From Lama glama (taxonomy: Eukaryota), in assembly GCA_028534125.1 (NCBI GenBank), contig CM052817.1:58530001-58594000 (forward strand): 64,000 bases of DNA, written 5' to 3'. Positions 1 through 14,190 of this stretch are shown piece by piece (position 1 is the stretch's first letter; each line of letters opens with the position of its first letter). The notes under the pieces are model-generated. The model was not told where the DNA came from. It worked only from the letters and a program-made list of their open reading frames with translations, and did no database searches. The position numbers and the translations under genes were made by a program.

Positions 1-103
1 TCATTCTGTGATTTGTGAAGCGAAGGTTAAGAGAGAAGCATAGAAATAAGTGAGTCTGAAGAAGAGAACAGAGGTAAGGTATGCAAAGAAGCAGACTTAT
101 AAA

Positions 104-342
104 ATAATTAGCTAACATTTATATAGGGCTTATAGTGTGTCAGCCATTATTGTTGTCTTTTACAAATATTATCCCATTTCCTAACAGCCCTGTGATAATA
201 GTGTTCTTATTATCATCTGTATTTCATAGGTAAGGGAGTAGAAATTCACAGTGGTTAGATATTTTGAAGCTAGGATTTTGAATAGCCAAAGCATTCAGAG
301 CTTCAGAGCACATATTCTTAACCACCATTTATGCTGCCTCTC
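104..342 (-). mobile_element. MIR SINE (degenerate)
   Basis: Antisense MIR landmarks: gctaacatttatatagggcttatagtgtgtcag ... aacagccctgtga ... cttaaccaccatttatgctgcctc. Confidence 0.7.
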
Positions 343-361
343 CAAAAAAGCATAGATCTGG

Positions 362-603
362 GCAGTTTGAGATTCGCAGGTACTAACTACTATGTATAAA
401 ATAGCTAAACAACAAGTTTCTACTGAATAGCAGAGGGAATTATATTCAGTATCTTTTAGTAACCTATAATGAGAAAGAATATGAAAAGGAATATATGTAT
501 GTGTATGTTTGACTGAAATATTATGCTGTAAACCAGAAATTGACAAACCATTGTAAACTGACTATACTTCAACTAAAAAAAATTAAAATACATTTAAAAA
601 ATT
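362..603 (+). mobile_element. 5'-truncated L1 3' end (cetartiodactyl/camelid type) with A-rich tail
   Basis: L1 3'UTR text (tactaactactatgtataaaatag...aaactgactatacttcaa) plus A tail; TSD core ATAGATCTGG at 352-361 and 611-620. Confidence 0.9.
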
Positions 604-987
604 AAAAAATATAGATCTGGTGAAAAAAAGATGAAAAGAGTGGGGGTGAAGGGGAGAATATTCTTAAATGAAAAGGAAAGGATTGTCATAGTCAAATTTT
701 CTATAGAAGAAAGGACAATGAAAAGTTTGTTGGAGTAGATTAAAGATGAAGTCCTTAATTTTAGAAAAGAACAAAGTAATATAGTGACAGGATAGGTGGG
801 ATTCCAGGATTCTAATAGATTTTGGATGAAAATTATGATGAGAAAAGGAAGTTTATAAATGGGAACAGTCATTCTTTAAAAAAATACAATTTTGAAATGA
901 AAAGAGGGGAGATAATTGGTGAATGGAAGAAAGCACCGCCTCTCTGGCCCCTTCTCTTCACTTGCTGATCATCTCTCTTCTTAAATA

Positions 988-1278
988 CAGCCAGCCCTCC
1001 ACATCCATGGGTTCAGCATCCAAGGAGACAACCAACCATGCATGAGTGAACATTTTCAGGGGGAAAAAAATTCTTGAAATTTCCAAAAAACAGAACTTGA
1101 ATTTACCATATGCTGGCAACTATTTACATAGCATTTACACTGTATTAGGTAATATGAGTGGTCTAGGGATAATTTAAAGTATACAGGAAGATGTGGGTAG
1201 GTTTTATGCAAATACTACATATTTTTTATGAGGAACCTGAGCATTTGAGGATTTTGGTACCTCGGGGGGGGGTCCTGG
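988..1278. mobile_element. Tigger3/MER7-like TcMar MITE, right end truncated
   Basis: TA + CAGCCAGCCCTCCACATCCATGGGTTC start; internal aactatttacatagcatttacactgtattaggt; ggattttggtacc...gggtcctgg. Confidence 0.8.
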
Positions 1279-1554
1279 TATGTCACCCTCCTTCACATTC
1301 AACGTGTTTATGAATGGTGCTTCTTAGTACTAATATTCCCTCTCCCCTAATAGCTAAGTGTTATTTTCACCACCATTTTCCTAAATACCAAGGCTTACAG
1401 CTTTCTTCTTGGCCAATGTGTCACTAAATCACTAAAATCCTTCTTTTCTCTCTCATCATTTATTCCCTATATTTGTTGTTTTCTCTAATCAATTCTTTAA
1501 TTAAAATTTTCATTGACTATAATATATGAAGTATTATAGTAGTCTCATAACCAA

Positions 1555-1720
1555 GAAGCAGCATTGCAAAGTGTTTATAAGAGCATAAGCTATTATATCA
1601 CATGGACTTTAGATAGAATCTCACCTCTGACATTTGCATACTAGTGCCTTTGGGGAAGTTATAATGTCTCCTACTTTGTTTCTTCATCAGTAGAATGAAG
1701 AGTTAAATAATGATATGTGA
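1555..1720 (+). mobile_element. MIR fragment
   Basis: gaagcagcattgcaaagtgttta...ttggggaagttata...tttgtttcttcatcagtagaatgaag core-like sequence. Confidence 0.5.
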
Positions 1721-1789
1721 GAAAACTAGTAATTGTTTCATAGTTGAAAACAAACAGAGAGAGAAAGAGAAACAGGGAGAGGATAACTA

Positions 1790-2315
1790 TTAAGGTTCTC
1801 CTTTCTCTTCCCGAATTCATTCTTATCTATTTCATCATGCTGTTTTTCTTCAAAAAATTCCAGCAAACCCTTATTTTATAGAAAATAAAGTCCAACTCCT
1901 CAACCTTTATTCAAAGCTCTTTGTAATTTGGTTATCTAGTTTTATCTCCTCGTTAATGTCTCTGCTCTGCTCTGGTCAATGTGCCCTTTTCAATATTCTC
2001 TAGATATGCCATGTTGATTTCTTACTGAAAACTTTTGTACATTTTATTCCCTAAGGCTTGGTATGCCCTTCTCCACCAGATTTGCCTGTGCAAATTTTGA
2101 ACCTTAAATTTCATCTCTTTAATAAGCCTTCGAAGCTTGATGTCCTTATTGGCTCTTACAGGCATTTAGTCATCCACGTCCCTACATTATAAGTTAGTTG
2201 CTACTGAGATCAGTGCATGTGTTCCCAGCTGAAGACCACATCTTTGCTTCCTTTGTATTTCCCAGAGCACCCAGCACAACAGTGGGGACAGGTAGACTGA
2301 CTAAGTATTCTTCAG
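1790..2315 (+). mobile_element. L2 LINE 3' region (degenerate)
   Basis: ataaagtccaactcctcaacct...; ctttgtatttcccagagcacccagcacaacagtgggg, typical of an L2 3' end. Confidence 0.55.
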
Positions 2316-2599
2316 TGTAAGAAGAGAGTATATAGACATTTCAGAGAGAAGGAAGACAATTTTATTGCCTAAATAAATGTCTTAAATTTGTTTGTTTTTA
2401 TTAATTTTAACTGAAGTGATCCCACAGGTGGTTATTGAGTACTTGCTGATTCTTATAACCTTGAATCCTGATTTCTGGATTTTACAAGGTAAAGGATACC
2501 AGGTTCATTCTTTTTGAATTTTATGTCTTTAATATTGTACTGACACATAAATTCACATAGATCAAATATCAAAATATTTAATTTATATAATTATTTTAA

Positions 2600-3093
2600 A
2601 TACTATTAAACCAGCAGCAAAACCAACACTCATATAAACCATTATGCTTCTTGACCTAAATGTTATCCTCTATGACAAACCCACATGGATTGATCTAAGA
2701 AGACAGAGATAGTATCTGCCTCTGGGGCTGAGGGTAAATTCACTTTGGACCACAGTAGTAGATAATGCCTCCCTCTAGGACAAAGTTTGGGCAGATTGCT
2801 AGCAGCACCTTTAAAAGATTGTAGTTTACTAAACTTGGGTTTCTTCAGCTGTGACACTGTGTGTGTGACACACACGCTGGGGATGCTCCACATAGCCCCC
2901 AGTGGGATTTGGGGGCAGGGTGCACAGGGGAGCTGATGGAAACATTAAACTCATCCTGCTGCTGTATCTTGAGTAATAAAGTCCTCTTCTCTGACCCAGG
3001 AGTCTCAAGTTTTCTGCTAATACACAGGAAACTGGCATGCTGATTCATTTATAGTCATTAAGTAAAATCTCAGAACCTTCACAGTTCTTACTG
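2600..3093 (+). mobile_element. Old ERV solo LTR, sense to the gene (family not resolved; left boundary approximate)
   Basis: LTR R/U5-like text gagtAATAAAgtcctcttctctgacccaggagtctc ... gtaaaatctcagaaccttcacagttctta; poly(A) signal at 2975-2980. Confidence 0.7.
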
Positions 3094-3602
3094 AAGATTA
3101 TGTGTAAAATGTTCTTCCTTTAGAAATAATTTATGAATAAATTAAAAAATCATAAGTCTATAAGTAATACCCTAAATAAACAAACCCAATGCATTAAATT
3201 CAATATATTAAGAAATAAAATTTTTATAATTTAAGATGACTAAGCGTGCAGTAAAATAATGCAGCCACATGTTAATACTAGAATCAAGACTTCCTAGTTT
3301 TGTGGTATCCTTTATAAAAATATTTACATGTGATTGTAGAAATAGTACTGAAAGAGTATATCTATCAAATTTATCAATTTTTTTCTGAAAATATGGCTAT
3401 TACTTTTGAAGTAGAGAATTAGCGATCTGTCTGCATACATTATAAGTATTTCAATTGCCATATATTTCTTACCAGACAACCTACTTGTCTTCATAAAATA
3501 GATTTCTGTGGAAATACAAGTCCATATTTCTAAGAAAAATTAATCTTGCTTTGAATTTCCAATTTTCAGATCTTTGTAAGTTTTGTGTATTTGTTTTTAT
3601 TT

Positions 3603-3745
3603 AATTTTTTTTAAAACTTTCTTTTACTTTTCTTTTTTTGTGACAGGGAGGTAATTAGGTTTCTTTGTTTATTTTTAGAGGAGGTACTGGGGATTGAACC
3701 TAGCATGCTAAGCATGTGCTCTACCACTTGAGATATACCTCCCCC
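3603..3745 (-). mobile_element. Camelid tRNA-derived SINE (Vic-1-like)
   Basis: Antisense tRNA-like head and aacctaattacctcc body as in the copy at 14010; T-rich tail; TSD TA(T/C)TTGTTTTTATTT at 3588-3602 and 3746-3760. Confidence 0.85.
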
Positions 3746-4823
3746 TACTTGTTTTTATTTTTAATAATAGATTATTTACTCTTGAAAGCAAGTTGCATAG
3801 TCATGAATATAGTATAAGTTTTTAATAAAAATATATTTATATGCTTGTATACCTTTATATGTTTGTATATGTTTTTATATGTTTTATGTTTATAAAAGCA
3901 TGGGCATATGATAAATGCTGCACATCAAACTGTTGTCACAGTTTACCTTACAAGGAATAGAAAAGTAGAAGAAAACAGTTGACTTTTCCTTTGCATATCT
4001 GTACACTGATATTTTCTCCTGCAATGTGAATTTATTGTTTTTAGCCTAGAAAGGCAAACTAACAAAGTATTTTTAATAAAACATAGGTATTAAAGAAATA
4101 AAACAAGAATTAAACTAAATTAAAATTACAGTAGACACCCCTGTCAGAATCAGTTATTTATATCAACATTTCAGCACAACAGAATATCAATTTATAAAGC
4201 TGAATAAAATCTTGAAATGCTTTATTTTTTACCTATATTTTAGGCATTCCTCCCAAATTCAGCCACCACCGTGCCTATTTTATATTTCATATGACTTGAG
4301 ACATCTTGATGTTCTACTTTCCACAAATAGATGTTTCCTTATTTTAAAACATATACAGTGGCATAGTTTTATATTTATTTAAAAATGTACAATTCCTCAA
4401 AAATATTTTAGTTAATTTGAATCATGAAAGATCATAGGATCTTTTAAGTTTCGTTTGTGTTGTAGTATAAAATTGAAATCAGATTATGTTAATTCATTGG
4501 GATATTTTATTTAACAATATTTATTTTTCAAGGTCTAATGTTGAGTAGTTTATCTAATGGAATATAGTGGAATATAATGAAATATCTAACATAAGCTGTA
4601 TTATAAAAAGGAAATCCTTATTATTTATTTATTTGAAATTTTTGAACTCATATTACTTTTATTTTTTGTCTCATTTTATATGTTATATTCTAACTTCTTA
4701 TATTTTGATTATTTTAACTTTTTCTTATATATTAAACATGTTTTCAAATATTTAGTAAATATATTTTTTAATGAACATATTTGTGTTTTTCCATTTTGAC
4801 TATGCATTGCTTGTTTCTAACTA

Positions 4824-5297
4824 CAGACACACCTCATTTTATTGCACTTTGCTTTATTGAAATTCACAGATACTGCTTTTTTAACAAATTGAATGTTTGT
4901 GGCAAGGAGCAAGTCTGTTGGCACAATTTTTCCAACTGCATTTGCTCACTTGATTTCTCAGTGTCACATTGTGGTAAGTCACAATATTTCAAAGTTTTTT
5001 TTATTATTATTATGTTATGACGATCTGTGTTTGGTGATCTTTGATGTTATTACTCTGACTCACTGAAGGCTCAGATGATGGTTAGCTTTTTTAGCAATGA
5101 AGTATTTTTAAATTAAGGTGTGTACATTGTTTTTATTTAAAGACGTAATGCTATTGCACAGTTAATATAGTGTAGTGCAAATATAACTTTTATATATACT
5201 AGGAAACCAGAAAATTTGTGTGACTCACTTTATTGCATTATTTGCTTTATTGAGGTAATTTGGAATCAAACCCTCAATATCTCTGAGGTTATGTCTG
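4824..5297. mobile_element. Tigger1-derived MITE (Tigger1a_Art-like), full length
   Basis: TA at 4822-4823 and 5298-5299; TIRs CAGACACACCTC / GAGGTTATGTCTG; body homologous to the copy at 14739. Confidence 0.9.
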
Positions 5298-6899
5298 TAT
5301 GCATTGCTGCATTTCTAAAAATGTATTCTATGCATTTGCATAATGTTATAAATTTTTTAAAAATCTGCTGATATATCTTTTCTCTAATAGAAGACAAAGT
5401 TTTCTCAATCATTTATTCATTTATTCCACACCATTTATTTATCCTCGTTACATGCCTAACCCTGTCTCAGTTCCTTGAGATACGTTAGTCACATCGTTTG
5501 TAAGTGAAGAGTCACATCCAGCTTAAATGTCTTTGGGAATCTATTGCCACACAAAACTAGGAAGTATAAGATGGAGTATGGTATTCTTGCCAGAAAAAGA
5601 GATTTAGAAAGGATGCTGGGCTTGCCAGGTCATAGATTTTTCATTGACTAGTTGGAGGTGGAGAGGAAGAAGATAAATAAAATTGAGATTGATTCTTATC
5701 TTCAGGAATTTCAATTCATTTCAGTAGACAGAGGAAGCAACACAGTCATTTAGAATAAAATCTTATCAAATGATAAGTTTGGATGTTTAAATTTGGGTTA
5801 TTCTGACAATTATTTATATTTCAGAATAAAAAACATCATACACTCTATTCTGTGCCTATAGATAGCATTAATAACACTATAGGGAAAAAGTGTGTTTAAT
5901 CTCTTGCCTGGTGATTTGTGACAGTGTAACTACATGAATTTTAGTTCTGTGTTTCTCATGTCAAATATAGCAGGTTCAATAAAAGTACAGTGACTCTTTA
6001 TTTATCTTATTTATGGATAATTAATCAAAATAAACTTCTATAATAGGGTCCCCATATCTGCTGCTCCTTAACTTAAGAGTCCTGGTTTGATGAAGTGGAA
6101 GGTGCATTTTATGAACAAATTTCTGTAGCACATTTTGTGGGGTGCTTTATGGCATGTATTTTCATGGCTTTTGATAGCTATTTGTGGGATGTTAAAAGAG
6201 AACTTTGGAACGTTTTTATTCTCTCTTCTTTCAAATAAATTTAAAATACTTTATTTTTAAGCCTTTTTCTTTTGTCCATTCTATAAGGACAAAATGTTTC
6301 TCTTTTTATAACATTTGAAGTGCATTTGAAAAACTCTGAGGAAAGGATGAGCAGATGTGGAAAATTTCAGTCTGAAGTGGTCTAATTTAGATCTTTCTGA
6401 GAAAACTCACTGTGTTCTCAGACTGGTCCTTATGATGTGGGCTATTTCTTTATAATTTTCAATTATATGGATACCAGTTTGGGCAGTATTAAAACTATCT
6501 TTAAAACTTTGAAATATAACTTAAATAAAGATATAGGTATTAATTTATTCAGAATTCAGTTGAGAAATAGAAAGATCGATCCAAACAGAGGCATTATTAA
6601 TTTTATATTATCTGACAACCCTAAACATTTTTTAAATGATATACCTTAAATCCATGAAAATCCAAAGCATAGAAGAATAAACATCCTCAGAATACATATA
6701 ACAACATATTTTAAAGGATTATGTGAGGTTATTCTTAGCCATTTTCTTTTACTGACATCCTGCTTCCTCAAGTCTAGAAAAAACTTGAATTTCTTTTATT
6801 TTCCATTACCCTCAAATTGTTTTGAACACCTTTCTACTTTGTCTGTCTCCCTGGTGAGAGAAAAGATATTCAGTTGTTTGACATGTTGATATTCAATAT

Positions 6900-9025
6900 C
6901 ATTATTTTTAGAATTTTATAAACTGTTGTTGTTCAACAAAATTAATTTTTAAAGCCCCTTGGAATGTATAATGCCCCCAATAAGAGATATTTATGCCTCA
7001 GGTGATTTATTTCCTCTGCTTATCCTATAAGTTTCTGAGGGAGCTGTATTAAAACCATCAACTATGAATGTGAATTTTTATTTCTCCGTTTTTCCTGTCA
7101 ACTTTTGTTTTATGTATTTTAAAACAACATGATTGGATGGGTCAAATTTGTATAGTTATCATAATATATTTATGTTTAATCTCTATTAAACCTGTGTTGT
7201 CTGCTTAGTCTGTCATTAGGATTGCTGTTCTTTTCAGTTGGTAACTGTTTGCCTAGGGTGTATTGTCATTCTTTTATTTTTAATATTTTTCTGTCCTTAT
7301 ATTTTACATGTTTCTCTAATAAAAAGAACACAGTTGGCTTTTTTCCCCTTAAACTATAAGTTTTAGAAACCTTGCCTTTTAAGTGGAGACTGTATTTATA
7401 GCTACTGAAATATTTGAATTGAAACGTATGTTCTTAACATTTGTTTTTCTGTTTGTCTCACTTGTTCTGTGCTTCCTTTTGTATCCCTTTGGGTTATTTT
7501 TTTAATTACTCCATTTCCTCTTTTATTAGTTTGTTAGTTATATAATACTTTAAAACTATTCTTTTAGCAGTTATGCTAGAGATTACAACATATGTCTTTC
7601 ACCTAAAATAACTAATTCAATGAATTTAATTAAATTAATTTAAATAAATACTTACATAATTTTCTGTGTAATGTTAGGACCTTAAAACCACTGATACCTT
7701 AACTTCTTGTATCTCTCAGTCATATCTTTAGTTATGTATTTTAATTCTACAGATAGATACTCATAATGTATTATTATGCCTTCAATATTTGTTAAGATTT
7801 AGCCAGACATTTACTATTTTCTTTGAACTTTGTACGTTCCTACACCTCTATGCTTCTACCTGAGACCAATGTCCTAATGCCTGAAGAAATTTCTTACTGT
7901 TTGCTTAGTATGGTTATATTGTTGATGAATTCCTTCTGTCACTGTCTCTCATTCTTTTTTTCCTAAAATGTCCATTTCAGTTTCATTTTTAAGCATATTT
8001 TAATGGATATAGAATTCTACAATTGCACTTGTATTTTTAACACTTTTATTTTCTGGCTTCCATTCTGGCTACATTTTTATTATTGGTTTTTGGAAGCTAA
8101 TGTGTCTTTCTCTGGTTGGTTGCAACCTTTCTTTTTCTTTGGCTTTTAGTAGTTTGATATACCTTTATGTAGAGTTTTACTTTTCTGTTTTTTCTTCTTC
8201 TGGTTCAAATCTGTGGCTAGACCTGAAACCCTCTGATCCAATATTGCTTCTACTCATCTCCTCTCTTGCTTACTTCTAAGATTCCAGTTACTTATATGCT
8301 GATGTTACACCGTGTACTATATGTCTCATTATTATGGCTCATGTTTCTATTATTTACCCTTCCCATGTTTCATTATGAATATTTTCATCTGACCCATATT
8401 TCACTTCACTAGTACTCTCTTTAGTTGTGGTGAATCCACTATTAGCCCATCTCATGATATTAAATTTCAATTACTGTATCTTTCAGTCTATTTGATTTTG
8501 TATCATAATTTTTAATTCTCTGCTGAAATTTTCCATCTTGCCATATAATTTCTTAAACATATTAGTTACAATTAGGTTAAAATCCATGCATTATAATTCT
8601 ATATCTGGATCTCCTTTGGGTATGTTTATATATCTGCCTTTTTCCTTGTTATTTATTTGGGTTTCTCTCCTGGTAGACCTGTTAATGTTTAACTAAATGG
8701 GGTAATTTGAGGCTGTGGATTTTATTAACTTCCTGCAGAAAGGTTTACTTTTATAGATAGGTAAACTTTAGGGATTTTATCTCAATCCAATCAGGCATAG
8801 GAGTGATTCCAAGATGAATGATAGTCATTGGGCACCTGGTGGGATTTACAATGGAAGGAAAGTCAGAGTTTCCCCAAGACCTCTTTTCCTTGAAATATTT
8901 GAATTCTACTTTTGTCTCCCTAACCCAGTCCCACTGCTGATAACTCTGCATAAGATCTGTCATATTCTCTACCACTCCTTTCTGTTCAACTTCTCAGGTT
9001 TTGCTTTCAAATTTGCAAATGCCTC
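6900..9025 (-). mobile_element. Ancient L1M (L1ME-like) 5'/ORF1/endonuclease-region remnant; resumes at about 9834-10000 after the LTR
   Basis: Long T-rich stretch with decayed antisense L1M landmarks (caactatgaatgtgaatttttatttctcc, gatatagaattctacaattg, gattccagttac). Confidence 0.6.
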
Positions 9026-9833
9026 TGAAAGGGCAAGCTCTAGTTTTCCACCACACTCAATATTTTTGACATTAGACGTCAGGCCAACCAGAAACAGCCC
9101 AAACAATTCTTTAATTTTCTGCAGACACCAACTTAGTGTTCTACAGTTCAGTTCAATACTGAACCAACCTATCAGTAATTAGCATCAAATTTCACCTGCT
9201 AAGGGCTCAGTCCCACAAGATTGCCCCCGTTTCAGACACCAGTCTCAAGTCTAGGTTGTCACCTGTGCTTCTGACCAACCAGCTATAAATTGTAAGGCCC
9301 CATAACCCACTCTTTTGGTTTGGTAATTCACTAGAACAGCTTATAGAATCAGGGAAACAATTTACTTGCTACATTACTGCTTTATTATGAAAGAGTACAA
9401 GTCAGGAAGAGCCAGATGAAATAATTGCATAGGGCAAGGTGTGGGGAAAGGAGCATGGAACTTACATGCCCTCTCTCCATGTGTACACCAACCCAGAAAC
9501 TCTCCAAATGCCTTTGTATGTGATTTTTACAGAGACTTCTCTGTAAAAATTACTTCATTAAGGACGCATGATTGATTAAATCATTGGGCATGGACAATTA
9601 AGTTCATCTCCAGCCCCTTTTCCTCACCTGAGATTGGGATATGGGACTGAAAGTTCCAACCTTCTAATCACATGTTTAGATCCATTGGCAACCATCCCTC
9701 TTCCTGGTTGGGTATCTAGGAACCCCCAACCACCAGTCATCTCATTAACATACAAAAAGTCACTTACTACTTGCAGGATTCTAAGGGTCCTAGGAGACCA
9801 GAGCAGAAACCAAATATATATAAAAATGTCACA
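9026..9833 (-). mobile_element. MER21-like solo LTR
   Basis: TG...CA ends; 5-bp TSD GCCTC/GGCTC; MER21-type text gggctcagtcccacaagattgcccc, ctgtgcttctgaccaaccagctataaat. Confidence 0.8.
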
Positions 9834-10006
9834 GGCTCAAAAGATAAATGTGGCACCAAATGTCACATTTACTTCTCTGGCTTATTTTTTTCTGACACCT
9901 TGAGTTTTCAGGTCTTTGATATTCCAAGGCTTTTTGATGTCTTTCAACAGATTTTTGTATGTCAGATTTTTCTAGTTTTTCTTAGTCTAATTTCATTGGT
10001 GTAATC

Positions 10007-10120
10007 CAGGAGTTAGAGAACTATGGCCTGTGTGCCAAATATATCTTGCCACATGTTTTTATAAATGAAATTTTATTGGAACACAACCAAGACTATTTGG
10101 CTACATATTATTTATGGCTA
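10007..10120. mobile_element. MER58A-like hAT-Charlie MITE fragment
   Basis: caggagttagagaactatggcctgtgtgccaaat...ttttattggaacacaacca. Confidence 0.7.
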
Positions 10121-12384
10121 AGGACAAAATTAACTGATATTTTTATTTAAACTTATAGGATTTATGATAAAATAAATTAATGTTTGTTCTACTTAGCTTC
10201 TTTCTAATATAGATTTTAAATACATTTTAAGACATCCACAAAGATTAAGCCCAAGTGGAAATAGTGGACACACTGTATGAATGGGCTGCCATCTGATCCC
10301 ACCTCTTGCACAATGTAGACTTTTAACAGATTTTGCAATCTCAGAGTGCCTCCAATCTTTCATATACAAAATAGTATATTAATAATTGCCTTGCTGTTTT
10401 AAGATAAGTAAATAAAAGAAACGTGTATAAAACACTTTCTAGTTGGTACTCAATAAAGGTAGTGGGTATTATTATTGCTACTTTTTTGGAATAAATACAG
10501 AGCTTCTCATGGTGATTAAAATAAAGAAAGCAACATTCACTTGATTTCTCGGTTCTGACTTATTGTATCTCTTAAAATCAATGATATTATTTAAATAGAA
10601 TGCTAAGCAATTTCATTCCCTTATTACTGCCTTCCCCTAACTCCAAACAAATTGTAACTTACCTAAAGAATCTCCTGTGATGAGGTTTGTTCATTCATCT
10701 TTTTTCTTGTTCCTTTTAAACTATTGTCTGGTTTTTAAATCTTCTTCAGCATTTAGAATAGTTGACAGTCAAGAAGGTAGTCAATTATACCTTTCTTCTG
10801 TTAATCACAAGAATCTCACTTTGAAGAGAGTTTTCCAGATCTTTGTGTGTGTGTGTTTCAAGAGTGTGCAGTTGCTTTTCTGCAACTGTCAGGGGAGAAT
10901 TGGTAGATGTATTTGTCAGTAGTTACTAGTAGAAGGTAGTAGAAAAATAGAATAGAAGACTTCAGTTGGAGTCTCAATGGAAATTCAACAAGAAGGAAAA
11001 AACATTGAAATATAGTTGAAATATAGTGTGTAATGAAATGGGCTTAAGTGTAGCATGAGATGATATATGTTAGCCATAAAGGAGAATCTTCTAGTGCTGA
11101 CTGATAGTTATTGGACTATGGTACAAGTTAGAAAGATTGTAGGATAACTCCAAAATTTCCTAAAATACCAAAATCTCCCAAGTGGGATCATTTGTGATTG
11201 GTGCCACTAAAAATTATGATAATGAAGAGATTTTATACACATAATTTTTATTCTTTTGAAAAAAGGTAAGGTTGGTAATATGGAATTCAAAAGTGTTAAC
11301 TGAATACAATGCAGGAACTATCAGAAAATATGTTGCCTTGTTGAATAAACTAAAAAAAAATTGCCTTTGCTTCAATCCTGCTTTAAAAAATGCTTTCTTT
11401 TAGGTTTTTCCTAAGTGACAGCTGATAAGCTGTAGGAACTAACTTGTTTCTCTTAAATTACCCTTTTATGGGAAAATATAGCTCAACTGTTTGTCAGAGC
11501 ATTTGTGTTCCAACATAAGCACTACTTATGAGGTTATCTTGGATAAGTCATTTTTATTTTCTGCATCTCCTTTTACTCGTTACACTAAATGATCTCTAAG
11601 ATTTTCTAATTATAACATTTTGTGATCAAATTAAGAAAAATGTACGTTTTCCAGTCTACTGTATGAAGGCACATTAAATGCATTTACCTATGTGTTTAAT
11701 ATACATTCTAATGGAGTTATTTATTCAGTTGGGAAAACATTTTAAAGTGCACAATATTTGCACTAAATTTGATTTGTGTTTCCATGTAGCTAACATTTGT
11801 AATTTAGGAAAAAATATAAATGATAAATAATTAAAAATCTATTTTTAAGAACAGAGTTTTAATGAAAGCCAGTGGTTTTACTAAATCCATTGGTCTCTTA
11901 CACCTGCTGCCCCTGGTACTCTTGAAGCTCTACATCTTACATTAAGGTCATATCACTGTATCTGATCCAGGATCTACTCTCTCTCAGAAACTGAGGATTC
12001 AGGGATGCGTCTTAAATCATAGTTTCTTTCTTTGACCGTTGTTGTTGTTCTTATTATTATTATTTAGAAATACTGAGACACCAAAATCATGCTGTAGTAC
12101 CTTAAAGGATGGAATATTTATTTCATAAACTGAGATTCCTAATTGGCAGTAGATTATCATGCTTTTGTTCTCTATGAGAAAGGAAATTAGGCTAATCATC
12201 TTGGGTTGATTTTCTGATTTTTGGCAGGAAGATAAAATAGATATTCTGTGCCTTTTCATCGGCAATTCTTTGTTAGTTCATTAGTGTGTTACCATTTGAA
12301 ACCTAGAGGAAAGAAATATTAATAATTTCTCTTGGTGTACACTTGGCAATGTTTTACACTTTAAAAATTTAATTCTTAGAATTT

Positions 12385-12540
12385 TCAAATGAAGGAGGTA
12401 ATATTATCTTCACTTTGTACATGAGAAACCTGAGGTCCAATCAAGTTCACTGCTTTAGTCAAGTACTCAAGTAAGGTGGTGAAACCTGGATGAGAACTTG
12501 TGCCTTCTCAGTTCCAAAACCAAACTACTTCCACTCTACT
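12385..12540 (-). mobile_element. MIR fragment
   Basis: tattatcttcactttgtacatgagaaacctgagg, antisense MIR core. Confidence 0.6.
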
Positions 12541-14009
12541 GGGTATTCTAGCCACACATAAGAGTCACATGTGGGACTTTTAAACTATCAATGATTTGAA
12601 TATTCAGAACCAGTGAGAATCACTAAAATAAAATATTCTTCAGAATTTTTGAAATACTTATTTGAAAATATTTCAAAGATACATAAATCAAAGCTTAAAG
12701 ATGAGATTGTCAATTGTTATTCCCCATAGCAATACTTTGCTGATGAGAGATGTTTATCAATTAGTTATATCTGTATGACCAAAACAAAATAATAATGTGG
12801 TATTATTATTATTCATATATCCAGATGTCAAGGATGAGTTTTCCAATTCCAGGCACAAAATTATATTTTTCTTTTCTAGTTGATAGCAAAACTAATGCCT
12901 AAGAACAAAAGCTGCTTGTATACTACTACTGTTTTAAAGATAAGAATTGTTTTTCTTGTTCAGGGAGAATTTAAAAAAAAGTTTCTACTTAGTTTACAAA
13001 GGATTCTATGCACCTAACTACTTTGAGACATTCATTTTTTGAGATTACTTTTTGAGTCAAAAGATTAACTTAAAATAATGATGTTATGAATACAGTAAAA
13101 ATATGAAAAGAGTACAATGTTGTCTATATAGTTCATTATTTACTAATGAAATAACATGATGATTTCTCATTTCATTACAAATTTCTAGATAGATGGCCAG
13201 CAGTTCAAAATAGGACTCAATGTAATGATACAAGTTTGTGATTAGTGTGTCTCCTTTAAACTTTCAATCATAAATTATATTTTAATTTGGGAATGTATTC
13301 ACACAACATTAACACAGCATAATCTCATATTATATACAAATGGAAAGGTTTTGGGTTTTTTTTGGCTTAAAGTATTAAAACAATTTTATTAATAGAATGT
13401 ATCAGCACCATATTTTTGTACCTTTATATACTACTATGTAGTTTATATTAATAATTAAGGTAACAAAGTAATTCTGTGAATTTATACACTTGAGTGATAG
13501 ATACGTGTCTCTTTATAAAGCTGCCTAAAAAACTGAAATATTAATTACATTTTGGCATAAAGTAATATGTTTTTACTGAATTTTAGTGCTATGGCAAAGG
13601 GGATGTTGCCAATTTTATTATGTTAAAAATGAATCTTGACAAATTCATGTCTATGTTCAGTGAATTTATTTCTCCATTTATCTTGTCTTTTTATTAAATT
13701 TTATCACCTAATTTGATTTTATTGAATGCCTACTAAGTTCAACTACTATGTTAGATGGTGGAATACAGTATGGCTACAATCAGTAGTATGGATACTAGCA
13801 GTATACCAGGTAGGAAAAAATTAAATACTCATGTGTCATGTATGTGGTATAGTTTCTGGGCTTTGGGACACACAACAGTAATCAGGCAGGAGGGAGAGGT
13901 CCCAAGGACTGAAACGTGCTGAGACTTGAGGGGTGGGAGCAGAACATTTCTGAGTGAGGGAAATACCATTCTCAATGTTCTGAGGCAAGGTGTCTAGCAA
14001 GCAGTGGTA

Positions 14010-14190
14010 GTGGGATAGGGTATAGCTCAGTGGTAGAGCACGTGCCTAGCATGCACAAGGTCCTGGGTTTAATCCCCGGAACTTCCATTAAAGATTAAAT
14101 AAATAAAAACCTAATTACCTCCCCTCCAAAAAATTTTAAAAAATAAATAAATAATGTAAAGTTATAAAAAATGCTCAAAAACAGAATAGT
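14010..14190 (+). mobile_element. Camelid tRNA-derived SINE (Vic-1-like), full length
   Basis: Pol III A box TAGCTCAGTGG, B-box-like GGTTTAATCCC, body aaataaaaacctaattacctcccc, A-rich tail; TSD AG(C/A)AAGCAGTGGTA at 13996-14009 and 14191-14204. Confidence 0.9.

Noticed and set aside
14017..14087. tRNA gene
   Set aside because: tRNA-like head of a SINE with body, A-rich tail and TSD; degenerate T-loop (GGTTTAAT)
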